Made by a program: the position numbers and the translations under genes
The notes under the pieces: generated by a model
The model's input: only the letters and a program-made list of their open reading frames with translations
What the model was told of the DNA's origin: nothing
The model's database searches: none
Shown: one piece after another, positions 20,401 to 29,141 of the stretch
How the letters are laid out: each line of letters opens with the position of its first letter
How positions within the stretch are numbered: the first letter of the stretch is position 1
Virus record (IMG/VR): IMGVR_UViG_3300049629_000752
Length of the DNA: 64,000 bases
Origin: an uncultured virus (IMG/VR IMGVR_UViG_3300049629_000752)
Lineage: Duplodnaviria > Heunggongvirae > Uroviricota > Caudoviricetes
Strand: one strand, 5' to 3'

Positions 20401-21855
20401 TACAAGGCTCTAGACAATAGGTACAAACATTTCGGCACAAGAATGCGTATAGTTGGAAAGATTGAATCAAGCGAGACACGTGGACAGACACCATTAAACT
20501 CAACACCATATTATGTTCTGCCTGGTTCACAGCCAAACCAAAGCCTTAACATTTCTGGAGGCTCTGGAGGTATTGCTGTTTTATTAAATCCAAATACTAA
20601 CGTTGGTTATTATTTTGAAATCATATCTTTAACCGAAAAGAATGTTAGTGAATATTCAAGTGCTGCTGAAAATTTACACAATGTAGTTTTTTATAAAGTT
20701 TTATCTGATCCAGATGGCAATGCTATACCGATAAAACTATGGGGTGGATTTACAAATATAATTGTAGACGATGGCAACTTTACTGGACAGTCAAGACTTA
20801 TGGGAGAAGAAAATCCAACGGTATATGATTTAGCAGTAGAGTATCAGGACTTGGGGTCCGTAAGAAAGTTTTATTTATATATTAATAATCAAATAGTTGG
20901 TATTGTAGATGATGAAGCACCAACACCATTATATAACAATATGGCATTGTTTGTGCGTGGCGGGTCAAAGTGTATGTTTGAAAACATATATGCGCTTACA
21001 AATAACTATAGTCAAAACACTGTATTTGCATTAGATACTCCAGTCTCTGCAGCGTTTGGTGATAATGAAATTAACGCTAATGAATCATTTAGAAAATATG
21101 CAATGTCTGGAATAGTTCAATCAACATATCTTTCTGGCATAAGTCCAAGTCAGCCACCTAAATTTAATATTTACTTTGAAGAGTTTGGAAGTATTATGAG
21201 AGAGGCAGCATATTTAAAAATTAGATATGACAAAGCATATCCAGCATTGTATGCACAACTTTCTCCAACATTTAATAGAATAAAGGGATACACAGTTTCT
21301 GGCTTTAGAGCAGGTTCGTATGGAGCAGAGTTTTTAATATTTAACTCTACAGACACGGCAATTAATTTAGATGAAACTAGTGGAAACTATTTGAGAATAC
21401 AGGGTATAACATTTACTCAGCAATCAGAAAATGAATTAACTGTAGACAACTATTTTACTAAAAATAGTAATTTTTCTGATCCAGAAATAGGCAAAAATGG
21501 ATTGATAGTGTCTCCAATAAAATCTCAGCAAGACTATGATAAAATTAAAACAAGCAGACTGACATATGGCAAAAAAGAATTTTCTATAGATCCACCATAC
21601 ATTCAGTCTGAAGATGATGCAAAAGATTTAATGTCATGGATTATTCAAAAAATTATGAAGCCTAGAAAGAGTATAGGAATAAAAGTATTTAGTTTGCCAA
21701 TAATACAATTAGGCGATATTGTAAACATAGAATATAAAAACGAAAATAACTTAGACGTTGTTGCATCATCTACATCTAAGTTTGTTGTGTATAATATAGA
21801 CTATCAAAAGGATATAGGTGGACCCACTATGACCCTATATTTAAGTGAGGTGTAA
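17449..21855 (+). CDS. Large tail-tip/baseplate hub protein
   Basis: 1468 aa, synteny; LNDLAVSTQTAMFFDEYNNFV and C-terminal PIIQLGDIVNI..TLYLSEV hub-like patterns. Confidence 0.7.
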   Translation: MFQNEELKAHLESSSTVKTQSAIIAEWNMNIANNIFRIGNYRYRPTLSNSEKYKLMPNTFDVNDIGNFYTGATDADIKIDGGIDPSDNEQPWFLLAQNTKNKMIYSLEDCFKKFRPRSGINKATYIPGKKTHHSNLNMSNRPRYYMADKNDNFKYWTSYRTESGSVFGIANKQVSGQYFIDDACPFVVYSDPVPTNRIVVKMQTNVGSVDLGPFSGSSGSFSDPLYGDNNKTTPVQWKIQYLKQNEWVDAIRFDSSSRRSDGTAIIKNDGYVELGYGLKVPEKYKDAFIRAEEYYDESFLPKESVNGYAYLIKDNEQDLGVYHIWFDGQWETFTPSYGWYLEEETVTRLTNFVTDLTNPVSFTSNNENKTVYREFENIRGIRIVVDTMNKVNSTFDLIEMSPRLVADISDKVTGFAVKKSASDLGNSGMPVGQLLASVGTLSIFDYDDAFNENNTGSIIYKYLSNNIQIKFYDIIVDVNGYDYMVPIKTLYCDAFPKYNPNDRKVSLELRDLYFYFESILAPQMLVTNVSLSYAVSLLLDSIGFSNYTFKRVSGEKELIIPFFYIGPEKTVAEVLNDLAVSTQTAMFFDEYNNFVMMSKDYMLPSNSERDIQFTFYGSNDFVKDNEIRNKNKNTKLTNIIDIASSDKNVFNDGKINYKSRYIQRSYGTIKQASMVDNEAAAKNWIYKPVLLWEVTGDTPLRSINGETQSQSAYSLSAIPLNSDLSSNVPIVVGNQVTNNTIDLGEAVYWLGRHAGYFYANGEIIRFDAVQYSIPGAEKNIAIQESNGKVSFTTTTVGAIGNVWISSNQEYQNYMGKLTFNGKIYPTGLVRIYSEPKYEEVNGITVMKNGEVSRHGRGQFGTQILSHKAGLDPYWSNDLYVRGMDMESKYLFGLEYIAKSKEELVDDLGEEIVLSEGPAGVNNIRSKENKRTGIIKNFLSTSFTKETQNNTIKSTQAGSVQSSALVMSGPSFPNTEKPIDFLSYQYKALDNRYKHFGTRMRIVGKIESSETRGQTPLNSTPYYVLPGSQPNQSLNISGGSGGIAVLLNPNTNVGYYFEIISLTEKNVSEYSSAAENLHNVVFYKVLSDPDGNAIPIKLWGGFTNIIVDDGNFTGQSRLMGEENPTVYDLAVEYQDLGSVRKFYLYINNQIVGIVDDEAPTPLYNNMALFVRGGSKCMFENIYALTNNYSQNTVFALDTPVSAAFGDNEINANESFRKYAMSGIVQSTYLSGISPSQPPKFNIYFEEFGSIMREAAYLKIRYDKAYPALYAQLSPTFNRIKGYTVSGFRAGSYGAEFLIFNSTDTAINLDETSGNYLRIQGITFTQQSENELTVDNYFTKNSNFSDPEIGKNGLIVSPIKSQQDYDKIKTSRLTYGKKEFSIDPPYIQSEDDAKDLMSWIIQKIMKPRKSIGIKVFSLPIIQLGDIVNIEYKNENNLDVVASSTSKFVVYNIDYQKDIGGPTMTLYLSEV

Positions 21856-21856
21856 A

Positions 21857-22495
21857 ATGGTATATTTTACTGGAAATGGAAAAATTGTTTATGATGATTA
21901 TCCAATTGCTCCCACCCATGAAGAAAAGATGTCTTGGAAAAATGGTAGTGCAAAAAGGCTTACAGATGCCTCTCAACTTGAAGATTTTGCAAATTATATT
22001 TCTGGGCTAAATGCTATCCCAGACGATCCAACAGTCTTATACCCCAATGGCAACGTTGATGGGGATGTTAAGCCAGCAACCACTGACTTGATCTTATTTA
22101 AAGATGACACTCTTCCTGTAGATATAATGACAGACCTTATATTTGAAAATATAGGTGGACAAGAATTAATCAATATTGTAAGATCAGATTTAGTCAATGG
22201 ACAAAACACTTTATATCAGCCAATCAAAAATCTTAGTAACGTATACTTTCAGTATAACCCACAAAATATTTTAGGATTACAAGATATAGATTCAAACTAC
22301 TTTAAGCAATTTCCTATTAATTTTTCTAGCAAAATACCAGAATGTGGTACTGGGCCAGACTGCTCTATAGTGTATATTGATGAAGTAACAGGAGATTTAG
22401 TGATTAATGTTATTAATTTAGCAAAAGATGAACAGGTTGAGATATCTATTATATCGGATGGGGTAGTATTAGATGATACAATATACGAGGTGTAA
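21857..22495 (+). CDS. Putative minor tail protein
   Basis: Synteny; GAGG SD before ATG 21857. Confidence 0.5.
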   Translation: MVYFTGNGKIVYDDYPIAPTHEEKMSWKNGSAKRLTDASQLEDFANYISGLNAIPDDPTVLYPNGNVDGDVKPATTDLILFKDDTLPVDIMTDLIFENIGGQELINIVRSDLVNGQNTLYQPIKNLSNVYFQYNPQNILGLQDIDSNYFKQFPINFSSKIPECGTGPDCSIVYIDEVTGDLVINVINLAKDEQVEISIISDGVVLDDTIYEV

Positions 22496-22497
22496 AT

Positions 22498-23607
22498 ATG
22501 ATTACTAACATTGGAAAAGGCATTTTAGCCAAATATCTTATAGGGCAGGCTCCTGCTTATGCTTCCTATATTGCTATAGGATGCGGAGCAAAGCCATTAG
22601 GTACAGCGCAGCAGTTTGGAGATTACTCAAATAAAGAGAGCCTAGACTTTGAAATGTTTAGGGTGCCCATTATTTCAAGAGGATATGTAAACGATGGCGG
22701 TATAGAAAAAATTGTATTAACTGCAGAACTTCCAACCGATGAAAGGTATGAGATTTCTGAAGTAGGAGTATACTCTGCTGGAGCAAACCCATCTGCTGGA
22801 GCCTATGACTCTAGATCTCTGTTTGCATTTACTGTTAACGAAAACTGGGAATACCATGATCAAACATCATCAACTAAGTTAAATGTTATTTATGAACCAC
22901 TAGGAGAAAATAACACGATAGATCAGCCATATAAAGGTTTTCAGACAAACTCAGATAATGTTATTTTTACTGACTCAAATAGAGCATCTAGGTACGAAAG
23001 ATGTAGGTTTTTTAATAACGTTGTTATGATGAGGGGAGATTCAGCAAATCTTTCTGTAGTAGACAATCATATAGAAATAGGCTCTAATTCAGACCATATA
23101 CATTTACTTGGAACATCTTTAGATTTTAATAAAAATATTCCAACAGATCAAATTAAGTTGGCCTTTAGTGTAATCAACAAAGATCCAGATCCATCCATAG
23201 TTCCCGATGAAGTAAGAATTTTATTAGAGTTTGCAGAAACAGACACATCTGGCACTGGACAGTGGGCTAGATTTGAAGTAATTATGAATGCAAATGATTA
23301 TGACTTTGCAAATAATAGATATTATGTAGCAACAAAAGAACTACAAGAGTTGTATAAGAGCACAGGATTCACGTGGAACAATGTTACTATTGTAAAAATA
23401 TATACAACCGTTATCAATAATAATGTACCGTCATCAGATTTTTATATAGGACTAGATGCTATTAGGTTTGAAAATATATCCACAACAAATCCTATTTATG
23501 GATTAACTGGATATACAGTTTTAAAAAATTCAAATGCAGCAACTGTGGTTAAGGCAGCCAATACAACAAACTATATAGAGTTTAGATTCGCTATGGATGT
23601 GCAATAG
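22498..23607 (+). CDS. Putative minor tail/baseplate protein
   Basis: MITNIGK..LAKYL, YIAIGCG, ISEVGVY pattern resembles tail-collar/fibre N-termini. Confidence 0.55.
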   Translation: MITNIGKGILAKYLIGQAPAYASYIAIGCGAKPLGTAQQFGDYSNKESLDFEMFRVPIISRGYVNDGGIEKIVLTAELPTDERYEISEVGVYSAGANPSAGAYDSRSLFAFTVNENWEYHDQTSSTKLNVIYEPLGENNTIDQPYKGFQTNSDNVIFTDSNRASRYERCRFFNNVVMMRGDSANLSVVDNHIEIGSNSDHIHLLGTSLDFNKNIPTDQIKLAFSVINKDPDPSIVPDEVRILLEFAETDTSGTGQWARFEVIMNANDYDFANNRYYVATKELQELYKSTGFTWNNVTIVKIYTTVINNNVPSSDFYIGLDAIRFENISTTNPIYGLTGYTVLKNSNAATVVKAANTTNYIEFRFAMDVQ

Positions 23608-24047
23608 TGGCTAATCCAGACCAAGGTGTAAAAAAAATAATTATACCAAAATCCAAACTTCCTGGATTTTTTGGAGAGAACAAGCAATATGTTTTACGTT
23701 ATAGATTTATATCTGAAGATAAAAATAGAACATCACACTGGTCCCCACTTTATAAGATAATTGCAGAGGATACCCCTAATGAAATATTAAATAGTATGAT
23801 TATTGATACTACAAATAAAATAATAAATATAACATGGGAGCCACAAGAAAACATCGAGGAGTATTTTATATATGTAAAGTGGAATAATTCTGGATGGCAA
23901 TATTATGCTAAAACATCACAGACAAATTATTCTATAGTTTATGGATTGGGTAAAGAGTATGTTCATATAGCGGTACAACCTAAAACTATTCCTTTAGAAA
24001 GATTTGCAGATGCTATATTATTTGAAAACGAGGGCAGTCTGATATAA
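23607..24047 (+). CDS. Putative minor tail protein (beta-rich, Fn3-like)
   Basis: Synteny; LRYRF..RTSHWSP and INITWEP. Confidence 0.4.
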   Translation: MANPDQGVKKIIIPKSKLPGFFGENKQYVLRYRFISEDKNRTSHWSPLYKIIAEDTPNEILNSMIIDTTNKIINITWEPQENIEEYFIYVKWNNSGWQYYAKTSQTNYSIVYGLGKEYVHIAVQPKTIPLERFADAILFENEGSLI

Positions 24048-24063
24048 TTAGACAGGAGGAAAA

Positions 24064-24507
24064 ATGGCAAAAATACCACTACCAGAATTAGGTCAACCAC
24101 TTGATGTATCGTATATTTATCAAATTGCTAATGCAATTAATGAGTTATCACTTCAGGTTTCACCAGCAATATATAAATATGTTACAGTAGATGTACCTAA
24201 TGGTGTTTCGCAAAATGCCAAGGCATCTGAAACTAGAATCATTGCTGGATATACAGATGTAGTTAAAAGTTCTAACCAAAGCGTGGGAAGCCAGCAACCA
24301 TTCTCATATAGTTTTGCAGCAGACTTTAAGTTTGCTCCCATAGTTACAGCAACGCCGATTAATATCGGAGGAACTGAAGCAGGTAAAAATGTTTCTGTTG
24401 TTATAAAAAGCATTACAACATCCAAGGTTGACGGCGTTGTTAATTTTAATTCAGGTGGAGATGTCTCTATCGGCGTTAATTTAATTATCGTCGGCATTCC
24501 TAATTAA
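24064..24507 (+). CDS. Putative tail fibre/tip protein
   Basis: SD AGGAGG; F...PIVTAT...V..IIVG C-terminal beta module like H-type lectin/gp53-like fibre ends. Confidence 0.45.
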   Translation: MAKIPLPELGQPLDVSYIYQIANAINELSLQVSPAIYKYVTVDVPNGVSQNAKASETRIIAGYTDVVKSSNQSVGSQQPFSYSFAADFKFAPIVTATPINIGGTEAGKNVSVVIKSITTSKVDGVVNFNSGGDVSIGVNLIIVGIPN

Positions 24508-24698
24508 TGATTAGATGTAAAAAATGTTCAAGATATATGATGGTAGACAGAGTTTACAACTCTTTATCTCATATAGAAATATATTGTTTTACTTGTGGAT
24601 CAAGAAGATTTTTTCACCCACCATCTGAAACAGAGGAAGGTAGATGGCTATTAAAAAGGGAATTAGAACGAGCGAAGAATACAATCTCTCTCCTGTAA
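24507..24698 (+). CDS. Small zinc-ribbon protein
   Basis: CKKC...CFTCG. Confidence 0.6.
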   Translation: MIRCKKCSRYMMVDRVYNSLSHIEIYCFTCGSRRFFHPPSETEEGRWLLKRELERAKNTISLL

Positions 24699-25186
24699 TT
24701 AATGGAAGTAAAAAGATCTGGTTTTTAAATAAAGATTTAGTTAGAGTAATACATTCCAACAGATCAAATGGAATAATGTCAATTTATAATATAACAAAAG
24801 ATAAGGTTGAAAGTTGCCTGATAAATGATTTTAAAAGTAAAAGAGAAAGGGCATACACTATATCAGAAACTGCAGATCTTGTCAATAGGCACAGGAAATA
24901 TATGCCAACACTCATGAAGCGTGGAATAATTCCATTACCAATAGGTTCACAAAAAGGCGGAATTCGTGGATGGCAAATTAGATCGTATTACTCTGAATCG
25001 CAAGTAAAGGAGATTCGTGATATACTGGCTACGTACCACATTGGTAGACCAAGGAAAGACAATTTAATAACAAATGATATTACACCTACAAAGGCTGAGT
25101 TGACTCGCAGAATGGGTGATGGTATACTTACATATACAAAGACTGAAGATGGTAGGTTTATACCTATTTGGTCTGAATCAATATAA
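24644..25186 (+). CDS. Putative DNA-binding protein (MerR/Xis-like HTH)
   Basis: YTISETADLVNRHRKYM...GIIP...RSYYSESQV pattern. Confidence 0.55.
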   Translation: MAIKKGIRTSEEYNLSPVINGSKKIWFLNKDLVRVIHSNRSNGIMSIYNITKDKVESCLINDFKSKRERAYTISETADLVNRHRKYMPTLMKRGIIPLPIGSQKGGIRGWQIRSYYSESQVKEIRDILATYHIGRPRKDNLITNDITPTKAELTRRMGDGILTYTKTEDGRFIPIWSESI

Positions 25187-25200
25187 TCGAAGGGTATGAA

Positions 25201-25407
25201 ATGGAAGACACTAAAGTATCAGTAACACTTGGATACACGTTGAATCTTGGAAACTTTCAGTCTTTAAGACTAGACTTGGGAGTAGTAGATGCAAAGCGTG
25301 ATGGAGAAAATACAGATCAAGCATTTGAGCGTGTATATAAGTTTGTTGAAGATAAACTGGCAGCAAAGATAGCAGAAGCAAAGGTTGAACTAGAAGAAAG
25401 CAATTAG
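25201..25407 (+). CDS. Hypothetical protein
   Basis: ORF track; GYTLNLGNFQSLRLDLG. Confidence 0.6.
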   Translation: MEDTKVSVTLGYTLNLGNFQSLRLDLGVVDAKRDGENTDQAFERVYKFVEDKLAAKIAEAKVELEESN

Positions 25408-25408
25408 T

Positions 25409-25717
25409 GTGACAGACAAACAGAAGCGACTGGCTCTGTTAAGTAGGTTTGATAAACACTATAAGTTTAAACTAGGACAGAAGCCACAATATAACAAGTG
25501 GGTTGAGCAGTGGTCTGCTGATGCACTCATAGAATCTTACGGTATTGAGGTTTGCTATGAATTGCTAGAATATTATTTTGATGTAACAGAAAATCCTACA
25601 TGGAATCATTTTTCATATATTGCTCATGATATACTGGAAGCAAAGCATCAACAGATTAAAGATTTAGAAGACAGATTAGAGCGTAGGGCAAAGGCTAAGG
25701 AGTGGTTGAGTGAATAG
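25409..25717 (+). CDS. Hypothetical protein upstream of helicase
   Basis: ORF track; tightly packed in replication operon. Confidence 0.55.
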   Translation: MTDKQKRLALLSRFDKHYKFKLGQKPQYNKWVEQWSADALIESYGIEVCYELLEYYFDVTENPTWNHFSYIAHDILEAKHQQIKDLEDRLERRAKAKEWLSE

Positions 25718-25913
25718 TACAAAACAAAGATCTTTAGCAAAATCAATTACATGGAGATTGATAGCAGTATTTAGTACTTTTGCTATTATTTATTTTATGA
25801 CAGGCGACACCATGTTTGCTACATCTGTTACTATTGTGTCAAATGTTATTAACTTTATTTTATATTATATTCATGAAAGAGTATGGCTAACCGTTAAATG
25901 GGGTAGATCATGA
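25710..25913 (+). CDS. DUF2061-like small membrane protein
   Basis: RSLAKSITWR...YYIHERVW signature, two hydrophobic helices. Confidence 0.75.
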   Translation: MNSTKQRSLAKSITWRLIAVFSTFAIIYFMTGDTMFATSVTIVSNVINFILYYIHERVWLTVKWGRS

Positions 25914-27136
25914 ATAATACAGAATCAAAATTAATCTCAGCCGTATTAAAAGATAAGCAGGCCCATGTTTTATTACAGGCCAACGTTGAAAATATATTAA
26001 CAACTCATGTAGATGTTTGGCAGTTTATTAGAAAGTACTACGAGGCTAATTCCACAGTTCCACCAACAGAGTTGGTTGTAGAAAAATTTAGAGACTTTGA
26101 GCCTATTGGCGGTGTTGGAACTACTAAGCATCACCTTGAAGAATTACAGGCAGAGTATCTAACAAATAGTTTAAAGGATATCATTAGATCTGCTGCAACA
26201 GACGTACAAGGAGGACAAGGACTTGATGCGCTTGAATCGCTAATTACAAAGACAGCAGAACTTAGAAAAAATACAGCAGCAATTCGTGATATTGATGTTA
26301 CAGATTTAGATTCTGCAGTGGCATATTTTGAAAACTTAAAAAAGCAACAAGATGCTGGAGCATTGGGTATAAAAACTGGACTTCCAGGTTTTGATAATTA
26401 CTTGCCATCTGGAATTATGCCAGGGCAGTTGGGGGTCTTTCTAGCGTATCCAGGTATAGGAAAGTCATGGTTGTCTCTCTATTTCGCTGTACAGGCCTGG
26501 AAGCAAGGTCGCAGCCCTATGGTTATCAGCCTTGAGATGTCAGAAACAGAAGTTCGTAATCGTGTTTTTGCAATTATGGGGGAAGGCCTTTGGTCACATA
26601 GAAAGTTAAGTGCTGGACAAGTTGAAATTGATATGCTTAAATCATGGCATGCAAAAAGTGTACAGGGAAAGCCAGAGTTTCATATCGTATCTAATGATAC
26701 TGGCGGTGACATTAACCCAATGGTTCTTCGTGGAAAGATAGATCAGTATAAGCCAGACTTTGTTATTGTTGACTACTTACAACTAATGAGTCCAAATCAA
26801 AAATCTGACAATGAAACTGTAAGAATGAAAAACCTTTCACGAGAACTTAAACTCATGGCAATTGCAGAAGAAGTACCAATTATTGCAATTTCTTCCGCTA
26901 CTCCAGATGACGTTACAAAACTTGATACTGTCCCTACTCTAGGGCAAACAGCGTGGTCAAGGCAGATAGCATATGATGCTGACTGGGTTTTGGCTTTGGG
27001 TAGAGGAACAAATAGCGATATTATTGAGTGTGTATTTAGAAAGAACCGTAATGGTTTTATGGGAGAATTCCTAGTTCAGGCTGATTTTGATAAGGGATAT
27101 TACAGGTATAAGGACTATGAAGATAAGTCAGTATAA
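25910..27136 (+). CDS. dnaB: Replicative DNA helicase (DnaB/SF4 family)
   Basis: Walker A AYPGIGKS, SLEMS, VIVDYLQLM, LSRELK, KNRNG. Confidence 0.92.
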   Translation: MNNTESKLISAVLKDKQAHVLLQANVENILTTHVDVWQFIRKYYEANSTVPPTELVVEKFRDFEPIGGVGTTKHHLEELQAEYLTNSLKDIIRSAATDVQGGQGLDALESLITKTAELRKNTAAIRDIDVTDLDSAVAYFENLKKQQDAGALGIKTGLPGFDNYLPSGIMPGQLGVFLAYPGIGKSWLSLYFAVQAWKQGRSPMVISLEMSETEVRNRVFAIMGEGLWSHRKLSAGQVEIDMLKSWHAKSVQGKPEFHIVSNDTGGDINPMVLRGKIDQYKPDFVIVDYLQLMSPNQKSDNETVRMKNLSRELKLMAIAEEVPIIAISSATPDDVTKLDTVPTLGQTAWSRQIAYDADWVLALGRGTNSDIIECVFRKNRNGFMGEFLVQADFDKGYYRYKDYEDKSV

Positions 27137-27144
27137 TATGTCAC

Positions 27145-27471
27145 ATGGAGTTATATCAGCACAAGCCGATAAAAAGGTTTGGTTTGGATGGAGTTATCAA
27201 CGATGACTCTGCCATATACAGGTTACAGCAAGAGTACATTAGGCTTCTTGTTTCTGAGATGCGTTCATCTGGCCATGCGCCCAGGTTTGATATTGATCCA
27301 CAATTTACAATTAAATATAATGAAGAAAAAAATTACTTTGAATTTAAATTAAGCATTTATGGAATATATGTAGGGAGAAAAAAGGTAGAATGGATACTAG
27401 GGATAGACGGAATCAAGCCAATATATACACAGCCAGCCAGGTTAAAAGAGTACTCTCAGGATCTGGCGTAA
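27145..27471 (+). CDS. Hypothetical protein
   Basis: ORF track; TATAAT 7 nt upstream of ATG. Confidence 0.6.
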   Translation: MELYQHKPIKRFGLDGVINDDSAIYRLQQEYIRLLVSEMRSSGHAPRFDIDPQFTIKYNEEKNYFEFKLSIYGIYVGRKKVEWILGIDGIKPIYTQPARLKEYSQDLA

Positions 27472-28334
27472 CTGTAGAAAAAGAATCAGAGTCTGAGTAT
27501 ATTGTATTTTGTCCATTTCATTCTAATCACCGAACCCCTGCTGGAGAAATAAATAAATACACTGGATTATTTTTTTGTTTTTCTTGTGGAAAAACTGCAG
27601 ATCTTATAGAATTGGTTATGCACTTTTCTAATAGAACATACTTTGAGTCTGTTAGATTTATTAAAAGTAAAGAAGTTGAAGTAGACATACTTTCCGAAAT
27701 TAATTCTAAGTTAATAGAAAAAGAAGAGTGGGAAGGCTTTGATTTGTTAGTAATCGACAGACTAAATAATCAAGCACTCAAGTCTGATAGAGCAAAAGCA
27801 TATTTTGCTAAAAGAAAAATAGCAGAACAATCTATATCTAAGTTTAAACTAGGATATTCTGAAAATCAGGATATGATTTCTATACCAGTACATAACCACG
27901 AGGGCTTGTGCGTTGGATTTGTTGCAAGATCTGTAGAGGGAAAAGATTTTAAAAATACTCCAAAACTTCCTAAGTCAAAATTATTGTTTAATTTAAATAG
28001 AGTAAAGACGGCTTCTAAAGTTTATGTGGTTGAATCTTCTTTTGATGCAATAAGATTAGATCAGGTAGGGTTTCCAGCAGTAGCAACTTTAGGTGCTAAT
28101 GTATCTACTAAGCAGTTAGACCTACTTGAAAAATATTTTTCTGATATAATTGTTATTGCAGACAATGACGAGGCTGGAGAAAATATGAAAGACAGGCTTA
28201 TTAAAAGGTTTGGCTCAGGTGTTTCTGTAATTAATATAGACTCTAAATATAAAGATATAGGAGAAATGGAGAATGAGGAGATAATGAAATTAAATCATGA
28301 TTTTGATAAGTCTATTCTTTCTCTTTTAAAATAA
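27390..28334 (+). CDS. dnaG: DNA primase (CHC2 zinc finger + TOPRIM)
   Basis: CPFH...FFCFSC, VVESSFDAI, ATLGA, ADNDEAG. Confidence 0.9.
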   Translation: MDTRDRRNQANIYTASQVKRVLSGSGVTVEKESESEYIVFCPFHSNHRTPAGEINKYTGLFFCFSCGKTADLIELVMHFSNRTYFESVRFIKSKEVEVDILSEINSKLIEKEEWEGFDLLVIDRLNNQALKSDRAKAYFAKRKIAEQSISKFKLGYSENQDMISIPVHNHEGLCVGFVARSVEGKDFKNTPKLPKSKLLFNLNRVKTASKVYVVESSFDAIRLDQVGFPAVATLGANVSTKQLDLLEKYFSDIIVIADNDEAGENMKDRLIKRFGSGVSVINIDSKYKDIGEMENEEIMKLNHDFDKSILSLLK

Positions 28335-28336
28335 AA

Positions 28337-28855
28337 ATGTTATTAAATTCAATACCAAGCGGTAGCACAATAGTAAATATTTTTATGCAAAACCCAGAAA
28401 GATACATGATGTTACTTTCTTTTGCACAAAATATCTTAAGAAAAGATTCATTTTTAAGTGTGCCAGAAAGAGAAACAATTGCAGCATTCACATCTAGTTT
28501 GAATAAGTGTAAGTTTTGTACTGGGTCTCATAGAGTATTTGCCATATCTGTAGGTGCCGATGAATTAGAACTTGATAAAATTATTAATCAAAATTATTCT
28601 GATATAAAAATAGCACCAATTTTAGATTATGTTAAAAAACTTACATTAACTCCATCAGAATTAACAGAGGAAGATGTTAAGAAGGTTTACAATGGAGGTT
28701 ATTCTGAGGATGAACTAAAGGATGCAATTGCTATATGTGCTGCATTTAATATGTTCAATAGACTTGTTGAGGGGCACGGAATAGAAGAAAATATTCATAC
28801 TTGGTTACCTTCAGCAGAAGATATCAATATGTTTGGGTATGATCGTGGGAAATAA
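28337..28855 (+). CDS. AhpD/carboxymuconolactone decarboxylase-like peroxidase-related protein
   Basis: LSVPERETIAAFTSSLNKCKFCTGSH; AAFNMFNRLV. Confidence 0.8.
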   Translation: MLLNSIPSGSTIVNIFMQNPERYMMLLSFAQNILRKDSFLSVPERETIAAFTSSLNKCKFCTGSHRVFAISVGADELELDKIINQNYSDIKIAPILDYVKKLTLTPSELTEEDVKKVYNGGYSEDELKDAIAICAAFNMFNRLVEGHGIEENIHTWLPSAEDINMFGYDRGK

Positions 28856-29141
28856 TAAACCTGCTTGGCTTATAGCACTAGCAACTATGAAAAGTAGATC
28901 TTATTGGAATAAAGCAAATCGTGTTGAGTTTTTTGCATTCATGACAAAATTAGTTATTATTTTCCCAGGATTGTTATTGGGACAACAATGGTGGTGGTTA
29001 TATATTTTTGCGCTACTTTCAAGTTTATTATTAATATGGTCCTCTACTGTTAAGACATTACCTACCGTAATATTGTTTAATATAGGTTGGACATGTTTGG
29101 CATCTTTGGCAATACTAAAACATTTTGGATTGGTTTTATGA
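28839..29141 (+). CDS. Small multi-pass membrane protein
   Basis: Three hydrophobic segments; overlaps both neighbours. Confidence 0.6.
   Translation: MIVGNNKPAWLIALATMKSRSYWNKANRVEFFAFMTKLVIIFPGLLLGQQWWWLYIFALLSSLLLIWSSTVKTLPTVILFNIGWTCLASLAILKHFGLVL

Noticed and set aside
29087..29137. Upstream-extended starts in the ORF track (also 1313, 36637, 37211, 53754, 54385, 56945)
   Set aside because: Downstream ATG/GTG starts fit SD position, stop-start overlap and domain boundaries better
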